Made by a program: the position numbers and the translations under genes | From: Felis catus | Lineage: Eukaryota | Reading direction: 5' to 3' | DNA: 64,000 nucleotides | Assembly: GCF_018350175.1 (NCBI RefSeq) | Contig: NC_058368.1 | Location: forward strand, 7,068,001 to 7,132,000 | Notes under the pieces: generated by a model | Database searches by the model: none | What the model was told of the DNA's origin: nothing | What the model saw: only the letters and a program-made list of their open reading frames with translations | Shown here: one piece after another, positions 13,344 to 26,821 of the stretch | Numbering within the stretch: position 1 is the first letter of the stretch | Layout: each line of letters opens with the position of its first letter

Positions 13344-16300
13344 CCAAACTGTAAGTGCCTGTCATTTACAAGGGAGAAAGGAACTGACTGGTCACCTCAG
13401 TTCCTGGCTCAGCACAAGGGCCACGTGACAAGGTCAGCCCAGATGTCCCGCATCCTAGGGAGCCCTGTGGCGTCCGAGATCATGCTCTGTCCACCAAGGG
13501 CGACTCAGACTTTGGAGTCCTCGTGCTCTGTTAGGATCCTTGCTGGTAAGTTACTGGCAGGGCGTGGGGATCTCTGCGGAAACATCAACTCCGTCAGGCC
13601 CTCAGAGAGTCAGCTGGTGCTGGGGCCAAGTCCGAGAGGCCACCCTCTTCCCCAGGCGGGCGGAAGGGGACCCTCCCTCCGGTCACCACAAAGGCCCGGG
13701 TCCGTGCCAGGCGCTTGGGCAGACAGGCCCCTATCAGATGAGGGCCCAGCGGACGGTTATCTCCTCTTGGGAAATTCTGGGTCTGCTTCATTCATGGTGC
13801 GCTTTAAAGAGCTTATCTTTCTGTTTATTTGTTCTCCTGATGGAAGGAGCATCGGCCCAGGGACAGACGGCACCCGGAACTGACCCAGCGGCCCGATCTC
13901 CTCAGCCTCGGTCCCGGGTTGATTTGGGGGTTAAAGGTTATACTTTTTGAGAAAGGTAGTAAAACATTAATGGTGAGTAAAGTTCTTTCTCTTTCGCCCC
14001 GTAGGTTAACTGGGCGATCCTGTTTGCTCTATAAAGTGAACCGTATTTGCCAAGGGTGATGTGAACTCTGAAGCAGAAATGACCTTGATTTCCTCCTGCC
14101 GCTGGGCTGCTGGGTCGAGGTGAGCGCCGCAAAGTGTTATCCGGCGGCCGGAAACAGCCCTGTCATGCCCAGGACCACTCTCATCACGTCCCTCCGGTAG
14201 GATGATTTGAGACCAGAGGACCCAACACGTCAGCAAGGCACTGACTTCCCAGAGCCCATCCCTCGCTGCCAACGGGCTGATGCGTGTACATCATGCACAG
14301 TGGTGCCCGCTGAGGTTGAAGGCTGACTCGCTTTCATCATTTGGAGGCTCTGGCGTTGTTCCCGTTGTCTGGCCCCTGGACTCTCGGGTGCCCTTGGACC
14401 GCGCCTCGGGTTCTACATCGTGGTTCGTCGTCTTCCCACTAGAACGGAAACTCCGTGAGAGCGGGACGTTGGCCTGTTTTGTTCATCACGGCCATCCCAG
14501 CGCTTAGAGCGCACCTGGCACAGAGCGGGCGCTCGGTGAGGACTTGGCAAATGACCAGATGAATCCTCTCACCCGTTTCACACTTGTTGCCCCCCTGTCT
14601 TTGCGGCACTCACCCCCCCCCCCGCCTTCCCAGGCAGCCACAGGTGTTCCGGGGCACTCGTGAAACAATGAGACGGCAGGATGAGACCAGCAGAGCCGGG
14701 AGCTAACACATGGGCTGGGCTGGCACGCCTTGGCAGGAAGTCCTCGGGCGCAGAGGCCCTCGAGGGCGAAGGGCTGAGGTCAGGCAGGCGCCAGCGTGTC
14801 TGCTGGGCAAAGATCAGGTCGGTGCGGGGTGGCGGCTGGATGAGCTCAGATGAGCAGAAAATCCATCCCAGGTTGCCCTGAGGACATGGGGAAAAGTGCC
14901 GATTTTAAGGATCGCGCCGAATTCTGTCTTCGCTGACTTCAAGAGCGCGGCCGAAGCCATTTCTAGAAGATCATCCCCCCGTCTGGTCGGGGGCTGTTCC
15001 GTAGCGCCTGGAAATGTCTCTCACCATGCCGAGGCTCTTACGGTGCTCCTGTGTGTGGTCCTGAGTCTTGGCTTTCCTAAACACAGCCCAGAAGCTGTCC
15101 TTTTCCCAACGCTGGGCAGGCTGCCGAGACATCGCCCAAATCGGCGGAAGCACGTAAGCAAGTTGAGGCAGACCCTCATCGGTCATCGTATTAAAAAAAA
15201 AAAAAAAAAAAGTCTTTCTCTCTCTGTCTCTCTGTCTCTCTCTGTCTCATTGAGCATCCAAGATGGGAGCATCCCCCCGAGCTTGGGCAGGAGGCTGGTT
15301 GCTTCCACGGGGCCTGAGGTTTGAAGGCGGAAATGCGCACGTGCGTCCGCAGTCACAGCTGATGACCGGGCGAGGAAGCCCTTTGTCACCGTCCTGGCCT
15401 GTTCGCAACAGCCCTGGAGACGCAGGTGAGACTTGCAGCCGCGGGTGGCCCGGCTCAGGAAGCACCTGCTTGGCCGCCCACACTCCGAAAGCCCGTCCCG
15501 GCTGCTGGATGTCGCGCTCCACGCGCTCTCAGAAGGCAGCCGTGCGTCGCTGCTGTTTGCAACGTGACAAAAGGCCCGCATGAGATGACCGGGGCGTCCG
15601 GAAGAGGCAACAGGAATCCAGGCAGCCTGCAAATGGACACCCGTGCCATGCAGCCTCTGACAGATTAGGCTTATCCTTGGCACAGAGGGGTGGCTTCACG
15701 GCGTTTGGCAGGAATCGGACTAACCTCTTATTTCCTAACAATATCAAAATCAAAACCGCATGGCTGAGGCAGATAGCCAACCTTTCAGGACCGCGATGAC
15801 GCGATTTGGCTGTTGACTCTAATCAAGGCACAAACTAGTGATCAACTTTGGATTCGATGATGTGCCTGTAAAGATAACCGAGGAGCCGTCACAAGTGACG
15901 GTCAGTCAAAGGCTTTTCGGACAATAGCTGGCATTACAACATGCCAATTACGTTTTTATCAGGTAGTTAAGATAATTACCTGTGGTCACTGTGCTAGCGG
16001 GACAAGTACAGATTGCTGTAAACATCTGCTGACCGCGTTAAAACGCTGCCTCCCCGCCTGGGAGGGATCAAGGGTACGAGACTATGCAGGTGTATTCCCA
16101 CCAGCTGATGTCATAAAATACAGTGGTTTTTCACCCGGAGCCTGTGTGTCTTTTCTCCACCACCAGGTGGCTCTGTACCATTTCTCCTTAGGAGCAACGC
16201 GGGCTCCAGGGCAAAGTCAGGGTGGGCAAAGAGGGCGAGCCCTGGGCGGTGGGGGCGGGGTGGGGGTGGGTGGGTACCATTATCAAAGCTGGACCGGCAA

Positions 16301-17264
16301 CTCAAGCCAGTGACCTCAGCCCCCTTCCTGGGCGAGTGAAGCCCCATCAGAAATCCCTCACTCCAGTCCCCGATGCCCTGGGCTTCCCTCCGCGTGCTGG
16401 ATCCGTGTTGATTCCATGTGGCGTCAGCCTCCAGACGGGAGGTGCACTGCCTGAAATCCTCCCCCCATGTACAACGGTGGTGAAACTTTATATATCATTT
16501 TGAATATACAACTTACTCCCTTTGGCTGTTTGTATGAAGATGGTCCTTTCCCCAACCCCTCCCCCCAACTTAACGTGATCACAACGTGCTTTCCATTAGG
16601 AATGTTAGCCTACCCCCTCACCCCTCCACCCCCCAGTTCCTAGACGGTGCCCACTGGTACCCGCCCTTTTTTTAAGCAGGTCTGGATTTATCTCATGATC
16701 GCCCAAGTATTTTCTTTCTCTCTCAGCCTAAGAGCCTCCAAAATGGTTTCACTGCATGTGACTGTTCTGAGTACTTACCCTGCATTAACCCACCTAATTT
16801 TCCCTTTGGCTTCTTGACTCTGCCGAATCAGTCACCAGCCAAATTTCTTGCCTCGCAGCGTCCCGAATTCTGTGGCCGCAATCTTGTCTCTTGCTCTGTT
16901 GTCCTTCTGGGGTAATGTGCTTTTGGGGAAGATGTCCGTTCAGTCTGTTTATTAGGGTTTCAGAAGCGAGCAGGAAATGCTCACACTTCGTCTACCCTCT
17001 TCATTAAGAAGCCCAAAGTGAGCCCCCTCTGCATGTAGGGGCTCATGTACTCATGTACTCATCACCATAACCCTGTACTGTTAATGCTCCCACTTCTCAG
17101 ATGAGGAAACTGAGGCACAGAAAAGTTGAATAACTTCCTCAAGGCCACACAGCTAGAAGTGGAAATGGAGCCCGAATCAATTCCAGGCTGACTTTACAGC
17201 ATTTCTGTCTACCTGCGGAAGAAACGGAAGAACTGACTGACGGTCTGTTTAAGAAGCAGTCAGG

Positions 17265-17396
17265 GGGCGCCTGGGTGGCTCAGTCGGTTGAGCATCGAAC
17301 TTCGGCTACGGTCATGATCTCGCGGTCTGTGAGTTCGAACCCCGCGTTGGGCTCTGGGCTGACAGCTCAGAGCCTGGAGCCTGTTTCAGATTCTGC
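17265..17396 (+). mobile_element. 3'-truncated Can-SINE
   Basis: Head and B box present; ends before the CT tract. Confidence 0.85.
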
Positions 17397-17865
17397 ACCC
17401 CATTGGTGAGGGAGGGATCCGAACAGCGTGTGATGGCTGAGCACGTGACACTTGACCCCGGACGGGGGGGTGACAGTAGTCCATTAGTCACATATGCTCA
17501 CTGCTTGGGAGAGGTGGACACAGCCTGCCACGCAGGGCCATACAAAGCTCGCATCAGGGGCAGAGTGAACCAGTAGAGACAGCCTGTGCGGTAACAAGGG
17601 GCGGGGTGCCCCCCGCTTCCCACGGGAGAATATGATTTGTTTGTTTAAGTCACGGGCTGGCAAGGAGGTGAAGTCAGATTGAGAAATGGGTAGAATGTGG
17701 CTGGTCTGGCTGGCAAGGGATCTCGTCGAGGTGGGGGGAGGGGGTGCCCTTCTTGGTTGGTGGGGGGAACATGCTTGGTCAGAGTAGGGAAACTTTCAGT
17801 TAGAGCTTTGGGGCCCCGTGAGGCTCTAAGATGTCAAGGCAGCGTATGAAATTTTAGGTCTTACA
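17397..17865. mobile_element. Probable old ERVL-class LTR (MER77-like)
   Basis: Resemblance from memory (attagtcacatatgctcac, ccacgcagggccatac); ends ttttaggtcttaca. Confidence 0.45.
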
Positions 17866-17875
17866 ACACACACGT

Positions 17876-17908
<33 letters not shown>
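17863..17908. repeat. (CA)n microsatellite
   Basis: Directly visible. Confidence 0.95.
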
Positions 17909-17912
<4 letters not shown>

Positions 17913-18212
17913 CGTCGCTTTAGGCAATTTCCCCTTGCCCCCTGCTCCATCAGAAGTGTGGAGTTACAGCCAACGAAGGAGGAAACATAAGGTCTCTGGA
18001 TTAATGGGGATCTAGCACAGTGGAGGGTAAGGGAGACAGAGAAAATTTGTCTAATGAACAGGGAGATTCCCAGTCTTGTCCTCCACAAAGCTTCTGGGAT
18101 TCTAGCAGCCGGAAGCACCCCGTCTGCAGACAGCTGGGGCACGTGACCAGCCTGAGCGCAGAGCCTTCCAAACACCGGGCTTCCCCAGTTCTCCGTCATC
18201 ATTCAGGCGCAC

Positions 18213-18411
18213 AGGGCGCCTGGGTGGCTCGGTCGGTTGGGCGTTCGACTCCGGCTCAGGTCATGATCTCACAGCTCGTGAGTTCGAGCCCCGCGTGGGG
18301 CTCTGTGCCGACAGCTCGGAGCCTGGCGCCTGCTTCGGATTCTGTGTCTCCCCCATCTCCGCCCCTCCCCCACTCTCAAAAATAAATAAACATTATGAAA
18401 AATTAAAAAAA
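18213..18411 (+). mobile_element. Can-SINE
   Basis: Consensus sequence. Confidence 0.88.
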
Positions 18412-18788
18412 CATAGTAGCAGAAAGTATAAACACATAAAAATAGTGTAGAAAAATTAAAAAACCCGGTAGATAGTTTAGAAGATAGAGGTGGGGAAATC
18501 TTCCAGGAAAGAGAGCAAAAAGAAAAAGAAATGAAAAATAGGAAAGAAAAGGTGAGAACACGAAGGCTCTCAAGGGCATCATTTAAGAAACAATTAGAGA
18601 CGAAGTCTTCTGACTGAAGATCATGGGTTTCCAGAATACGTGAGCCCACTCCGCCTGGTCCAGTGGTAAAACAGGCCATAGCGAGACACAGCGCTACATA
18701 TCCCTAGAAAATTCCAGAACACTAGGGGGAAGAAGAAGATCCTAAAAGTTTTGGAGCCCTTGGGGATTACAAAATCCATGCCTAAAGG

Positions 18789-18830
<42 letters not shown>

Positions 18831-18836
18831 GTATAT
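18789..18836. repeat. (TA)n microsatellite containing a 40-bp palindrome
   Basis: 18791-18830 is its own reverse complement. Confidence 0.95.
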
Positions 18837-19919
18837 GTTTATTGCCTGATGCGGGATTTGAACTCATGAACCGTGAGATCACGCCCTTAGCCGAAAGCAA
18901 GAGTCAAGGCTTAACCAACCGAACCACCCATTAATAAGTTCTATAGAAGAGTAACCTAGTATTGTCAGTTTATAACCGTTTAGGAGAACGGAAGGAGAAG
19001 TGTGTGTGCACGTGTGCGTGTAGGTGTTAATCTTCATATTCGGTTTGGGAAAATCAAGAGAAAAGGAAACAGCGCTGTAAGACCATGATTTAGAGATGTC
19101 ATGTAAATGAACACACCAAAAAAAAAAAAAAAAAAAGCAAAATATAAAAGCTAAGCTGAATGTAACATAGTTGCTTCTGGAATACCAGAAATTGAAGGGA
19201 GCCTGGGGGTGGGGTAGGGTTCTCCATGCCATTCAGAGGCATGTTGCTTTGTTAAATGCAAGAAGCCTTGTTAAACGATTAGCTCTCGGTTCCCCAGAAA
19301 CAGACCCTGAGACTCGGACTTGTGCGCAGGATTTAACAAGGAGACACTCCCAGGGGAACCAGCAGGGCAGGGGGAAGTCAGGGCCAGACTCAGCCTGACC
19401 CTGCGGCAGGCAAGATCCCTGGGCTGGTCTGTCCCGAACCGCTGGCTGGGGGCCAGGGTCTCCCACGGGCCCACGGTGGGGGAGGCTCCCGCGGCCCCAG
19501 GGCGCGCCTCTGGGGAGTCCTGGCCGCCAGCACCCAGAAGGATGGTGTCAGGCCTCAGAAATGTAAAAGGACCTGGGTGGTGGCCTTTAGATAGCTAGAG
19601 GTCCTAAAAATAGAGTTCAAAACTCTTCAAGTTGTATCTCCAGCCAGACTTTTCCAGACTTCGCTGGGATGGGCAATAAACCCAGCTGTTCAATTACAGG
19701 GGCTCTGGAGGGTGCTGAGACAGCCTTCCAGGGAATATTTGCCGTTGTTGTTTTTTCGGGTACCCCGATACCTCAGTGTGTACTTTTAAGCACGGGGTGG
19801 GGTTCTCCTCGAACCCCTGAAATCACTCCACGGAGACGGCTATGCCTTCCCAGCTGGTCTCAGCGCCATGAGCGGGCCGCCGCTCAAGAAATTTATCCTT
19901 ATTATTTTTGTTTTTATTC

Positions 19920-20124
19920 TTTCTTTTCTTTCTTTTTATTTTTAAAAGATGTGTTTATTTGGGGGAGAGCGCAGGTGGGGGAGGGGCGGAGAGAGGGGGA
20001 CAGAGGATCCGAAGTAGGCTCTCCACTGACAGGCTAACAGCAGCGGGGCTCGAACTCGCGAACCGCGAGATCATGACCTGAGGTGCAGCCGGACGTGCAA
20101 CCGCCTGGGCCACCCAGGCGCCCC
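19920..20124 (-). mobile_element. Can-SINE
   Basis: Reverse-complement consensus; TSD-like tttatcctta on both flanks. Confidence 0.85.
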
Positions 20125-20888
20125 AGTTTATCCTTACTATTTATTGGCATCTCCCTGAAGCAGTTTAAATAGAAACAACAGTGCTTACGTAACTCTTCGT
20201 CCAGTTATAATATTCAAACAGCACTTTTTGGCAAAGACAACCAGCCACCAAAGGTTCTTAATGGCTCAAGGTGATTTGAAAGAAAAAAAAAAAAAAGTCC
20301 TTCCACTTTCTCCAGAGGACACTGAGGCCCTTTCTTCCGGATTTACATACTTTCGTTGCTTGCTAAATAGAAGCTTAATAAAAAGTGTGTGTGTGATGAT
20401 GATGGGATTGAAACTCACGGAGAGCCTTTTTTCCGCAACCCGGCTGTAAGCAAGGGGAAATCTCACGCCGATGTTTTTGCGCCTTTTACCACTAAAATGG
20501 CACTGGCCCAGGTGGCCCGACTGTGGCTGCCACGGCATCTCACACAGAGATCCCCAATAAATATCTGAAAGAACCAACCTGAAGCCATTACGAGCAGGCT
20601 CACTCCCATGATCACAGATACTATTCGGTGCCAAATGGTCAATCTCGGTAGGGGGGGAGTAAGCAAGCCACGCGTCTATGGTCAAGATTTATTGTCACAC
20701 GCGATCGCACAGGAGAACGTGCTCCCTTCTGAGACGACGGTGCTTCCTCTCCTGGGCTGCCCGCCCTTGGGGATGTTGGAGGACGCCACTGAGCTGGAGA
20801 CAAGCCATTCGAAATAGTCGCTGACTCCAGGACTTAAGACGATCGGCGACGACAACAACAAAAAAACAAGGGAAAGATCGAAAATTCT

Positions 20889-21147
20889 TTTTTTTTTTTT
20901 AAAGGTATTTTTTTTTTCAACGTTTATTTATTTTTGCGACAGAGAGAGACAGAGCATGAACGGGGGAGGGGCAGAGAGAGAGGGAGACACAGAATCGGAA
21001 ACAGGCTCCAGGCTCTGAGCCATCAGCCCAAGCCTGACGCGGGGCTCGAACTCACGGACCGCCTGACGCGGGGCTCGAACTCACGGACCGTGAGATCGTG
21101 ACCTGGCTGAGTCGGACGCTTAACCGACTGCGCCACCCAGGCGCCCC
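20889..21147 (-). mobile_element. Young Can-SINE with an internal 29-bp tandem duplication
   Basis: Perfect 21-bp TSD aagggaaagatcgaaaattct (20868-20888 / 21148-21168). Confidence 0.93.
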
Positions 21148-21259
21148 AAGGGAAAGATCGAAAATTCTAAACCAGGTTGCTGGCTCTGTTTAGAGTCAGC
21201 TGCCCTAAACATCACTTGCGAAAAATCTTTTCCTATTCACCCTCTGGAGCAAGAAATTC

Positions 21260-21494
21260 TTTTTTTTTTTTTTTTTTTTTAAGTTTATTTAGTTATTTTG
21301 AGAGAGAGAGAGAAAGAGAGAGCATGAAGCGGCGGGGGTGGGGGGGCGTGGGAGCAGAGAGAGAGAATCTCAAGCAGTCTCCGTGCTGTCAGCCAAGAGC
21401 CCGATGTGGGGCTCAAACTCACGAACCGTGAGTTCGTGACCCGAGCCGAAACCAAGCGTTGGACGCTTAAGTGTCTGAGCCACCCAGGCGCCCC
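21260..21494 (-). mobile_element. Can-SINE
   Basis: Reverse-complement consensus with T tail. Confidence 0.88.
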
Positions 21495-24082
21495 CAGAAC
21501 AGGAATTCTTAATGTGGGCTCCAACTCCGTGACTCCATGAGATTGTTGGACAATTTTTTTCTGCTCAGATGTGTATTTACTTGGGAGAGGACCCGGGGGA
21601 CGACCTCCCGGTGGTAGTGGTGGGCAGGAAGGCGACAAAGGGAGAGTTTTTGGTGAGCAGTGGAATATGTTTTTTGTACATTTGGTGGAGGAAATACCCG
21701 TATAAATCAGCTCCCTTAACCTCATCTCCAGTGGGGGAAAGAATGACAAAAGGCTGGAAAAGCCAAGCAGAACCATCATTTCATCCATTCTAGCTGCAAA
21801 CGGATGAAGGCATTTCTCTTTTTATATAGGAGCAGGGACCTAGGCAGGAGAGGCGACAGCTGTCCCTACCTGTGCTCAAATCCCTATGCCTCCCGAACGC
21901 AGGGGACAGATAAGTGAGATCGTGCATGTAGAGTGCTATAGAAATGGGCCAAAAATTGACCTCAGTGATTGAGAAGAAGAGGGGGGAATGGTATTTCAAA
22001 GTCAACCTACAGGACACAGGGAGCCCATGAAGCACGTGAGGGAAAGGTAGAAGATGAAAACGTCACCAGCATGCTAGAAAAACGATAGTTTCATCTTTTA
22101 AAAGTTCAAGGCAAAAATTAATGTTTCCTATGAACTGCTCTCGGGACCAAGAGACGTTCCACCGAGCGAAATGTCACAACACGTCCCGCTGTTGTTTCCG
22201 CTGCTTCTTGGCATTAGTGGGAAACACGCTGACTTAGCTCGGAAGTACCTGTTGGCATCTACGACATGCCAGGCCGCGTGCCGGCTGACAAGAAATAAGG
22301 CTGGGAGGCTTCTCTTGCAAGGCTTGAGGCGTTGGGACTCTGTCCTGAAGCTAAGGGACACCGTGGCAATCCCTGGCACTCGGGAAGGACCCGTTGGCAG
22401 TCATGCGGAGGAAGGATTGGAAAGAGTGAGCCTGGGTGCAGGGCGCACCTGGAGATCGGGTGAGACGATGGTGGGCTGGACCGCGAGGCTGGCAGTGGCG
22501 GTGAAGGGAGCGTGAGGAATTCTGCCCCTAATGTAAACCCCAAACCCCTGAATGTGTGCCTCCTCACCTCTGCCACAGGTGTGTCTGGTGGGGCAGTGCA
22601 CAGAGCTGGTGGAAGGATTTATCAAACACAAAAACCTTGCATTGGGCTGTGGGTGGAAACCGCACTGCTCAAGCACCTGTCCCCGTGGGTAATCAGAGGG
22701 CAATTAGGCGTCGCTTGTCAGATGGAATCTGGCCACTCCAGACTAAAAAGGATTTGCAGTGAGAGGCAGTGATTAAGCCTGGCCTGTGGCGGTACCCCGG
22801 TGGGCCAGTCACAGCTGCGGGAACACTGATGGTCAGACGGAAGCTGGAGGAGGGCGAATTAGAGAAGCCAGCTTGGAACGGCATGGTGAGCACCCAACCA
22901 GGGAGGAGAAGGTACTGGGTTTAAGCCCTGAACACTGGATCGCTCCAGGGGGACACGCAAAGAATGGGTGCCGAGAGAGGGCAAGGAATCTGTTGGCACA
23001 GTACAGCTGGGAGCAAGGACGAAGCTACAGGTGACAGCCCAGGGGGACCTCTTTGAACTGGCCAATTAGACAATCAGTGACTCCTCAAGGCTCCTTGGGA
23101 GATGGCCAGTAGGGCGAGAATGTGGCCGAGGGGTGGAATCTCTCTTGCTCAATCCGAAGGCAAAGCGGAGGGACCTTTACCTAACCATCGACTTCCAGCT
23201 CACTTTGGGTTGACCTTGGCCAATGTAATGGTGGCCAGCCATCCATTCATTTTTTGTTTGAGCCAATATTTGAGAACCCAGTGTCAGGTTACGGACGTGT
23301 AGCGCTTCTTGGTGTTCACACGGATCGCAGGAATGATGGCGACAAGAGCTAACATTCGCTCCGAGCCATGCGTTTGGCCACGTGCTTTATATGCGTTTTC
23401 TTGTTTAATCCTCACAACCTGTGAGGTAGGTACTGTGGTCCTTAATTGACTGGTGAAGAAACTGAGGTACGGAGAGGTTAATTAACCCGCCGAGTTCTCC
23501 TTACAACGGCCCCGTGAGGGAGGTAGGGCAGGGTCTCCTCTATGTTATAGATGAGGCAAACTCTTCTTTGGGAAGAGTTTTCCAAAGTCAGACTTGAGTG
23601 GTTAGTGGTGATTGGGGCCCAGCCCAAAGGTCTTTCTCACCACAAGCCTAGAAAAAGGAGAAAGAGAATGTGGTTCTACTTCTTTAAGTTAAAGGTATGT
23701 TTCAGGCAGGATGTTCTGGTTCCTTGCCTGAGCCAAAGGGCAATGGCTCTAGCTAACCACCTTGGCCGTGCTGGACCGGTCCAAGAGAACTCAACCCTGG
23801 AGATAAGGGTAAAACTGGGATAAAAAGAACCACGCGTTGAAGGTCTTCCAGAGCGGGACACATTTGGGCTATTTTGTCCAGCTATCACCACAACTACATC
23901 GATTCTTGTCACACCGTGCAACTGGCTTGGTTAGGAAGAGACTTGTACGATGGCTGGATGCCGTGTCAAGGTCCCCTCTCCGGTCAGGACCCTCTTTGTT
24001 CAGATGCTCTCTCCTTGTGTCAGTTCGGGACCACCAAGCCTAGAGTAATCTCGTGCAGTGCAAGATTCCGACTCTATGTGTC

Positions 24083-24650
24083 GGTTATACTGCATCACAA
24101 ATTACCCCCAGACTCAATGGATTAAACCAACACATATTGATTACCTTACAATTTCTGTGGGTCGGGAATCTAGGCATAGCTTTACTAGGTTGCCTGCTGC
24201 AACCTAGTAGGGGGCCTCTCCCAGGCTGCAGTGAAGGAGTCAGCCAGGGTTAGGGTCTCATCTGAAGGTTTGACCAGAGAAGGATCTGCTTCTATGCCCA
24301 TATGGTTGTTGCCAAGATTCAGTTCCTCTTCAGTCCTGTTGGACTGAGGGCTTCAGCTCCTGCTCGGCTGTTGGCCAGAGGTCACCCTCAACTGTTGGCC
24401 GTAGGCTTCTCCAACATGGCAGTGTGTTTCGTCAAAGTGTACAGGCCAAGAAAAGGAGGAGAGCCTGCTGGGAAGACGGGAGTCCCAATATTTTGTAACC
24501 TCAACCTATCCCATCACCTTTGTTTTATTCTTTGAGTTAGAAGCAACCCACAAGGTCCAGTCTGCACTCGAGGAGAGGGGTAATTACCCAAGGACATGAA
24601 TACCAGGAAGCAGTGATTACTGGGGGCTGTCACAGAGGCCTGCCAACCGC
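24083..24650. mobile_element. MaLR (MLT1-type) LTR remnant
   Basis: Typical MLT1 motifs (acaaattaccccca, tttctgtgggtcgggaatc, tctcatctgaagg, ggctgttggccagagg). Confidence 0.6.
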
Positions 24651-25590
24651 AGGTGTATCTTGAGGGTGAAAGGCAGAAGTCAGCAGCAAATGGGGGAAAA
24701 AATTAAAGACTGCTATTTTGGGGGTTGCTGAGCCCTGTGCTGAGCACCACACAAGAATTAACTGCCTCATATAATTCTCACAACAACCCTGTGGCGTATA
24801 TATTATTATTCCAATGGTACAGATCACACAAAGTTCAGAGGGATTCAACAACTATCTTAAGGTCAAAGAGGAAATGGTAGAGCCAGGATTCAAAGTTGGA
24901 TCTGCCAAACTACAAAGCCCATCCATCACGGACTTTCCTTTTTGCCTGTGCACTCAGATGTCTCCTACTTGTCTCCTTGTCTCCGGTCTCATGGCCACCC
25001 CCTTGAGCCCGGACCTCCCGCTCTGTTGACAATAATACACCATAGGGTGCGCCTTTCCGACTCCAGGACTCTCCCTTCTAATCCTACTCTCTTTTGCTTT
25101 AGTACCATATTTGTTAGTGGGAGAAGGTCTGAGTATTGTTGCAGTAACTGAAGGAGAACCGGGGAGATCTGGAGGAGTTTGGGGGAAGAAAGCTCTGAGC
25201 AGAATTCTCTCCCCGTGGTTGGGGCGTGGCCTCGTTTGATCCCCAAATACTCTTCTTCTGACGGGATCGTAGCTGACCATGGCAACTAGAAGGATCAGGG
25301 CCTTCCTTGGCCGTAACTGAAGATGGGAAGGTAAAATCAACATTGATGGGCCATTTAATAAGTGCAGGGGGTGAGAGAAGGGAAGAAGCCATGGGTTCAG
25401 TCAGCTGGGGGGATGGCAGTCCCATTCATTGGGACCAGAAGACCCTGGAGGAGGGGCGGGGGAAGAGGAGAGAAGTTTTGAATATGCTGAGTTTGAGGGT
25501 CTGTGGGTGTTAGACAATTTTAAGGGTCTACTGTTCATTTTGCTGGGTATGATAATAGAATGAAGATATAATTACAAAATTATAATAAGC

Positions 25591-26514
25591 AGGGTGCCTG
25601 GGTGGCTCAGTCGGTTAAGGGACTGACTTTTTTTTTTTTTAATTTTTTTTTCAACATTTATTTATTTTTTGGGACAGAGAGAAACAGAGCATGAACGGGG
25701 GAGGGGCAGAGAGAGAGGGAGACACAGAATCGAAAACAGGCTCCAGGCTCTGAGCCATCAGCCCAGAGCCCGACGTGGGGCTCGAACTCACGGACCGCGA
25801 GATCGTGACCTGGCTGAAGTCGGACACTTAACCGACTGCGCCACCCAGGCGCCCCTAAGGGACTGACTCTTGATTTCGGCTCAGGTCGTGATCTCACGGT
25901 TGTGAGACTGAGCCCCACGTGGGGTTCTGTGCTAACCCTGTGGAGCCTGCTGGGGATTCTCTCTCTTACCCTCTCTCTCTGCCCCTCCCCTGCTCTCTCT
26001 CTCTCTCAAAATAAATGAATACACTTAAAAAAATACTCCAGCAGACTCTTAAATACAGAGAACAAACGGAGGGTTGCTGGAGGGGTTGTGGGTGGGGGGG
26101 ATGGGCTAAATGGGTAAGGGGCATTAGGGAGGACGCTTTTTGGGATGAGCACTGGGTGTTATACATAGGGCCCGAATCACTGGAACTTACTCCTGAGATC
26201 ATTATAGCACTGTATGCTAACTAACTTAGATGTAACTTAAAAAATAAACACACAAAGGGGCGCCTGGGTGGCGCAGTCGGTTAAGCGTCCGACTTCAGCC
26301 AGGTCACGATCTCGCGGTCCGTGAGTTCGAGCCCCGCGTCGGGCTCTGGGCTGATGGCTCAGAGCCTGGAGCCTGTTTCCAATTCTGTGTCTCCCTCTCT
26401 CTCTGCCCCTCCCCCGTTCATGCTCTGTCTCTCTCTGTCCCAAAAATAAATAAAAATGTTGAAAAAAAAATTTAAAAAAAACACACATAAAAATAAAAAA
26501 ATAAAGAGAAAGTC
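25591..26514. mobile_element. Nested retroelement stack: SINE(+) containing SINE(-), followed by an L1 3' end carrying SINE(+)
   Basis: TSD taagggactgact (25616-25628 / 25856-25868) and TSD aaaaaaatactc(c/t)agc (~26027-26042 / ~26515-26530). Confidence 0.9.
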
Positions 26515-26821
26515 AAAAAAATACTCTAGCCAAAAAAAAAAAAAAAAAAAAAAGCAGGGGGAAGGTTGGGGCTGGGGGCAGTTAGAATGGCAACAAATGA
26601 GGTCCATTGGGGTTCTCTGTACTCTTCACTCTATTTTAATGTAGGCTTGTAATTTTGATGATGATGAAGAAAATGATAATGGTGGTGATGGTCAGGGAAA
26701 GAGGAGGAAAGGCACAGACTCTTCCTTTAACTTGGCTGTGAAGGGAAGAAGTGAAATCATGCAATGGTTAGGAGAGGCATAAGGACACAAAGGAATTTTG
26801 TTCGGTTGGTTGGTTTTGTTG

